The notes under the pieces are model-generated. The model was not told the origin of the DNA. It did no database searches and saw only the letters and a program-made list of their open reading frames with translations. The position numbers and the translations under genes are program-made. From an uncultured Alphaproteobacteria bacterium (GTDB taxonomy: Bacteria; Pseudomonadota; Alphaproteobacteria; UBA2136; UBA6156), in assembly GCA_937928525.1 (NCBI GenBank), contig CALFWJ010000160.1, positions 1 through 46,497 of the forward strand: a stretch of 46,497 bases of DNA, given 5' to 3'. Numbering within the stretch: position 1 is the stretch's first letter; every line of letters starts with the position of its first letter. Below are positions 42,533 through 46,497 of the stretch, in pieces.

Positions 42533-42692
42533 TTTTACGCCCTCCCTGGTAAACAATCGCGCGGTGCTCTGCGCACCAGCTTTGGCCAGGCAACACTTTG
42601 TTGCCGCAGTATTCTGGCTGGGCTTCTGTACCGCCTATATACCGGCAGCACCCCCGCTCAATAACCTCTATAAATGTTTTAGGCTTCGTCAT
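42519..42692 (-). CDS. 57-aa protein resembling the C-terminal (sigma70-interacting) part of GcrA; not in the ORF track
   Basis: It translates to MTKPKTFIEVIERGCCRYIGGTEAQPEYCGNKVLPGQSWCAEHRAIVYQGGRKNAKK. The C-x3-IG...YCG...WCxEH...VYQ pattern parallels the GcrA C-terminus as I recall it. AGGAG lies upstream. Confidence 0.55.
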   Translation of the reverse strand: MTKPKTFIEVIERGCCRYIGGTEAQPEYCGNKVLPGQSWCAEHRAIVYQGGRKNAKK

Positions 42693-42870
42693 TGTTTTTT
42701 TGCTCCTGTTTGGTTAAATGCCAGTGCCCACAAAAATGGCACTGGTAACTGTTTGTGGCGGGTTTCCCGCCTAGCTTGGCCGCTCTGGCGCGGTATTTGT
42801 TGGCCGCCTTGCGCGCTTTTTTGCGCGTGCGGTATATTATTTTTTGAGTGGTGGCGCATAATTTTTTCAC
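42679..42870 (-). CDS. Small basic zinc-ribbon-like protein
   Basis: 63 aa, Lys/Arg-rich, with YQCHFCGHWHLT near the C-terminus. It overlaps the primase stop. Confidence 0.55.
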   Translation of the reverse strand: MKKLCATTQKIIYRTRKKARKAANKYRARAAKLGGKPATNSYQCHFCGHWHLTKQEQKNNDEA

Positions 42871-45449
42871 CAGTCAATATCCTCTCCCGTATCTGCCGCC
42901 TCCTGCGCCTGCTCATGCTGTTCTAAAAAATCAATTTCGCTCTGGCCATCAACTTTGTGCCATGCTGTTTCCTTTTTGCCGGCCACTGTGCGCCGCTCGT
43001 ACTGGTAACCGAGTCCGGTCATTATTTTGCTTATGTCGTCCTGCGCCTGGCGCGTGCGGCGCGTGCGGTCTGTAATAACAAGCGCGTCCCATATCTCATG
43101 TGGGTAAATGTAGTGGCGGTTGGCGGCCAGCTTCTCAAGGTCTGCCTGCCATGGGTGTATATTCTCGCGCATACGCTGCGCGTAAATGGCTTTTTCGTAT
43201 AGCTCGCCCTCTAAAAATAGCTTTTCGCCAGCCTTCCAAACTGCGTAAGCCTCTGCCCACAGCTGTTCGCGGTTCTCTTTTATGCCGGCAATATCAATTT
43301 TGGTACAATCCACCGGCCAGTAACGGCGGTTTCCTGTGGGGTCGTCTAAATAACCATCCAGCGGGTTAATAGAGCCTGCCAGTACAAATTGGCGCGGCAT
43401 TATGGTTGGCTCGTTTTGGTATTTTTTAACAATACGGTCATATTGCGTACTAATAACCTGCTTGGCCTCATCGCTGCCCATTTTCTTAAATCCGCTCATC
43501 TCTGCCAGCTCCACAATAAGCACGCCCTGCAGCTTAGGCACTGTGCTGGGGTTTGGCAGGTCTTTTGCTTTAATGGTGTCGTCAAAGTATGCCCGGCCGT
43601 GTATGGTGGCCAGCTCGCGCAGCATTAAGCTTTTACCCAGGTTTTGCGCGCCCTCAAAAATTAAAATATGGTCAAACTTACACCCAGGCTGCATAACCCT
43701 GGCTACAGCTGCCGCCATCCACTTGCGCCCCACTGCGCTTAAATACTCTGGGTCGTCCTTTTTGCAGCCAGCATACGTGCGCAACCATGTATCGAGTCGC
43801 GGTACACCATCCCATTTTAGGCCTTTAAAGTATTCCTGCGCCGGGTTTTTTTGGTTGGCCATTATGCACGAGTCCAAAACTTTACGCAGGTTATTAAGGC
43901 CAGGAATCATGCCCTTTTTTTCCAGGTGCATGCCAAGCCAGGTTACATCTTCATCGCGCAGCGTACGTGGCATAAATTGCTTTGTGCGTTCCCATGGCGG
44001 CTTAAACGCAACAACCTTTTCCTGCGCAAACGCATCAAAAACAAACAAGCCCCTGTAATCCGGGTCGTATTCAATGTACACGCGCGTGTTGTCCAGGCTA
44101 TTGCTTTTTGGTTGCCCTTGGTCATTGTAAAAAATAAGGCTCTGCCAATCATCGCGCGCCGGCGGTAACCCGCTGCCAGCCATCGCCGTTGCCGTGCCAT
44201 CTGCATTAAGTGCAACCTCATTGCCAGGCTCTTGCTCTTCTGGCTCATGGTCTGCATATAGGTTTGTAAGCCGCTCTGCCTCTTCCGCGCTGTATTCAAC
44301 GGTGGGCACTTGAGCAAATAAAGCTTCCGCTTCCTCTTGTGTTAAAGGCGCACCAGCGGCGTAGAGGGAATCATCATAACCGCCGGTGCTATCTGGGGTG
44401 CGTTTTGCAGGCGCAGCCACCAGAATCCTGTTACGCACAGCCTCAATGCCGTGCATTTTGTGCATATCATTAAAATCAGTATTTTTGCCCGGGTCGTCTA
44501 TAGCAATATCCGGGTATATAACGTGCGCTGCAACCTTTACACCAACCTGTCGTGCTTTTTCCAGGCCTGGGTTTGTAAGGCGGTTGTGCTCGCGCCACTC
44601 AAGCCAGCGGGGGTCGTCCCCTGGTATCTCTTTTGGCTTAATATCTGCCGGCCGTGCGCGCCGGTTAAATGTCCACTGGTCGTTGTCGGCCGCTATAATA
44701 ATGCGCGAATCCGGGTATTTTTTGCGCACAAATTTTGCCACAGCCATGAGGTTGCCAGCATTAAACGCCACAAATACTGGCCACTCTGGCATGGCCTCAC
44801 GCAGCGTTTTACCGGTTGCCCAGCCCTCACATATTACAATGTTGTCCTTAGGGTTGTCCGGGCTGCCCAAAACAGCGTAGCCGCCGGCCACATCGCCGCC
44901 CTCCCAAAACGCTTTAAAGCCCTCTGGCCATATGCGCTGCAGGCTGCTTAGCGCGTTGCCCTTATATATTGGCACTAACAGTACATTTTTTTGCAGCTTG
45001 CCATCGTTGCCCGGTATATCGCCAACCCGGCTACCGGCTGCGCTTACGCCTTTGGTTTTTAAATATGGGTGCTGCTTCTCTTTGGCTTTGCGCCACACCT
45101 CAGTACAAACCTTAGCCACCTGCTCATACTGCGCCGCCTGCTCTTTTTCGTGCTGGGCTTTTTTGGCCGCTATTTTCTCTTTAAAGGCTTTGCGTTCCTC
45201 AGGTGTCCATTTTTTATTGCTCTTGCTGTGCCAGCTGTTCGCCTCTTCGCCGTGGGGGAAATACACAAAGCAACCAAAGCCAAAACCATCCTCAATAGCC
45301 AGCTTATAGCGCAAGTCTGGCTTTTTATCGCCCTGCACTTTAATCCTGTGCCATTGGTCGTCTGCCACAATATCAGCTGCGCTTTGTGGTGGGCAGCCTT
45401 TGGCCGCCATAGCGTCTATAAATTGTTGTATGAGGTCAAAATCGTCCAT
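42867..45449 (-). CDS. DNA primase (Toprim) fused to a VirE-type P-loop NTPase
   Basis: Toprim ICEGWATGKTL and IIIAADND. C-terminal VirE-like DGVPRLDTWL...FEGAQNLGKS Walker A. 860 aa. Confidence 0.85.
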   Translation of the reverse strand: MDDFDLIQQFIDAMAAKGCPPQSAADIVADDQWHRIKVQGDKKPDLRYKLAIEDGFGFGCFVYFPHGEEANSWHSKSNKKWTPEERKAFKEKIAAKKAQHEKEQAAQYEQVAKVCTEVWRKAKEKQHPYLKTKGVSAAGSRVGDIPGNDGKLQKNVLLVPIYKGNALSSLQRIWPEGFKAFWEGGDVAGGYAVLGSPDNPKDNIVICEGWATGKTLREAMPEWPVFVAFNAGNLMAVAKFVRKKYPDSRIIIAADNDQWTFNRRARPADIKPKEIPGDDPRWLEWREHNRLTNPGLEKARQVGVKVAAHVIYPDIAIDDPGKNTDFNDMHKMHGIEAVRNRILVAAPAKRTPDSTGGYDDSLYAAGAPLTQEEAEALFAQVPTVEYSAEEAERLTNLYADHEPEEQEPGNEVALNADGTATAMAGSGLPPARDDWQSLIFYNDQGQPKSNSLDNTRVYIEYDPDYRGLFVFDAFAQEKVVAFKPPWERTKQFMPRTLRDEDVTWLGMHLEKKGMIPGLNNLRKVLDSCIMANQKNPAQEYFKGLKWDGVPRLDTWLRTYAGCKKDDPEYLSAVGRKWMAAAVARVMQPGCKFDHILIFEGAQNLGKSLMLRELATIHGRAYFDDTIKAKDLPNPSTVPKLQGVLIVELAEMSGFKKMGSDEAKQVISTQYDRIVKKYQNEPTIMPRQFVLAGSINPLDGYLDDPTGNRRYWPVDCTKIDIAGIKENREQLWAEAYAVWKAGEKLFLEGELYEKAIYAQRMRENIHPWQADLEKLAANRHYIYPHEIWDALVITDRTRRTRQAQDDISKIMTGLGYQYERRTVAGKKETAWHKVDGQSEIDFLEQHEQAQEAADTGEDIDW

Positions 45450-45542
45450 GGATTCCCTGGCACAGCCTGCAACTATGCACTTGTTTTGTTTATGTTTTTT
45501 TGCTGCCAGCTGAGCGGTTGCCCCTCTGTAGGCTGCGTGTAA

Positions 45543-45571
45543 ATATTGCGTTAATTAAAAAGGTTTGGCAA
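45543..45571 (-). promoter_or_regulatory. Candidate minus-strand promoter TTGCCA-17-CAATAT upstream of the primase
   Basis: -35 at 45571..45566 and -10 at 45548..45543, within the 130-nt gap. Confidence 0.3.
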
Positions 45572-45579
45572 CCCCCTTG

Positions 45580-46251
45580 TTAAATATATTTTAATGTATG
45601 GGGGCACAAACGCTTGCCAGCCTTGCTGTCTGCCGGTTTTGGTGTGTCCATAACCTGCCCATTAGTTTGCTCTGCCGCCTCCTCATCCCACCGGCGCACT
45701 TCCTCTGCCTCACTATGGCGCGAATCACGCTCCCAAAGCTCAGGCGCGCGCCGCTCAGTAGGCCGTGTGCCCTTTTGCTTATACCAATGGTCGCTAAACC
45801 CAGCATCGCGCCGCCACTCATGCCACACCGGCTTAAGCTCGCGCTGTATGGTTTTGGGCAGTTTGGCGTGGTATTGCTCCAAAGCCTCAACCCCCTGCAA
45901 ACATATTTTGTCCAGCTCAGCTTTAATGTCGGGCATCATGGCCAGCTGCTTTTGCTCATCCACCAACGCCGCTGCCTGGCGCATGGGCTTAATTTTGTAT
46001 TTTACCGCCTGCTCTTCATGCACAGTAAGGTTAACCAGGTAGTCATTAAGCGCAGCTGTACCCTCATTTGCCGCGTTTTCCATGCCCTCAAGCAGCTTTT
46101 CAGCACTCATATTGCCTAATTGGTGGCCATTATCTATGCCTTTTTGCAGGTAATACCGTATAGCAACGCTGGCTGGCATGTGCATTTTCTGCCCTGCCTC
46201 CTCTGCCGCTTTGTATAAATCCTCTGGTATGCGTACATTTTTCATGGTCAT
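45580..46251 (-). CDS. RHH-domain protein, first gene of the leftward arm (putative early regulator)
   Basis: Lies in ORF 45580..46275. ATG 46251 lies 7 nt after GAGGAG. VRIPEDLYKAAEEAGQKMHMPASVAIRYYLQKGI is CopG/RHH-like. The C-terminal 170 aa are unassigned. Confidence 0.7.
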   Translation of the reverse strand: MTMKNVRIPEDLYKAAEEAGQKMHMPASVAIRYYLQKGIDNGHQLGNMSAEKLLEGMENAANEGTAALNDYLVNLTVHEEQAVKYKIKPMRQAAALVDEQKQLAMMPDIKAELDKICLQGVEALEQYHAKLPKTIQRELKPVWHEWRRDAGFSDHWYKQKGTRPTERRAPELWERDSRHSEAEEVRRWDEEAAEQTNGQVMDTPKPADSKAGKRLCPHTLKYI

Positions 46252-46287
46252 TTTTTTGCTCCTCATTGTGTGCAAAGTGTAAGCTTA

Positions 46288-46323
46288 TTGCGTGCACAAT
46301 GTTAGCAACTTGCGTGCACATTG
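46288..46323. repeat. Two direct copies of TTGCGTGCACA spaced 22 bp apart (operator-like)
   Basis: TTGCGTGCACAATG at 46288-46301 and TTGCGTGCACATTG at 46310-46323. They overlap the candidate leftward promoter. Confidence 0.55.
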
Positions 46324-46326
46324 CAA
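46299..46326 (-). promoter_or_regulatory. Candidate leftward early promoter TTGCAA-16-TAACAT
   Basis: -35 at 46326..46321 and -10 at 46304..46299, about 40 nt upstream of ATG 46251. Confidence 0.4.
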
Positions 46327-46374
46327 CATGAAATAGAGCATATTATGGCAAAATTAACAAAATTGTTAGTAATT

Positions 46375-46384
46375 AATGTGCACA
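46375..46384. promoter_or_regulatory. AATGTGCACA motif copy
   Basis: The same 10-mer as at 2096-2105 and 8902-8911, in the non-coding right end of the window. Confidence 0.4.
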
Positions 46385-46497
46385 AAAGCTAAAGCGGTGG
46401 CGCGCGTTTGCAATAAAAACAATGGCTTAGCCCAAAAGCCCCCAGCCAGGGCAAAACCTTAATGGTTTACACTTATTACCAGGGGGGGTTACCCCCT

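Noticed and set aside
42315-44058. Plus-strand ORFs 42315-42926 (203 aa) and 43402-44058 (218 aa), and also 36245-36760, within the leftward arm
   Set aside because: They are antisense to the primase, methylase and DUF1351 genes, which have clear motifs. Their products are hydrophobic or Ser-rich junk without start-site signals.
1-46497. Search for a lysogeny module (integrase, CI-type repressor with peptidase domain, excisionase) or partition system implied by the ParB-like domain
   Set aside because: No tyrosine/serine recombinase motifs, no ParA partner and no att-like tRNA fragment were seen. The ParB-like domain is fused to a methylase, a known phage arrangement unrelated to partition. 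Lifestyle therefore cannot be called temperate from this sequence.

Overview
The window reads as one essentially complete ~46.5-kb genome of a contractile-tailed phage, with no host flanks. It has two opposed transcription arms. The rightward arm (145-33787) carries a ParB-methyltransferase/RHH/AdoMetDC operon, about 25 small early or accessory genes, and a detached fibre operon. It continues with terminase, portal, MuF, protease/scaffold, capsid, neck, sheath, tube, a chaperone with a -1 frameshift, tape measure, baseplate, two paralogous fibres, and a lysis cassette with embedded spanins. The leftward arm (46251-33765) carries an RHH-domain regulator, a Toprim/VirE primase, a GcrA-like mini-protein, a second (NPPW) methyltransferase and an HNH endonuclease. 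It then carries SF1 and SF2 helicases, VRR-NUC, a RecE-like exonuclease/DUF1351/RecT recombination set, and an ASCH gene. I recognised no rRNA, tRNA, CRISPR array, integrase, transposase or DNA polymerase. The observations most worth follow-up are listed here. (1) The SAM-centred first operon, with a SpeH-type AdoMetDC and a 21-bp iteron-like array. (2) A 57-aa protein, absent from the ORF track, that looks like only the sigma70-binding C-terminal part of GcrA. (3) Near-consensus promoters followed by structured leaders ending in U-tracts directly upstream of the packaging and head operons, which is an antitermination-like layout. (4) Two recurrent intergenic palindrome families: GGCGT-N3-ACGCC inside promoter spacers, and a TGTGCACA core. 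All functional calls come from motif recognition by eye. No database search was possible.
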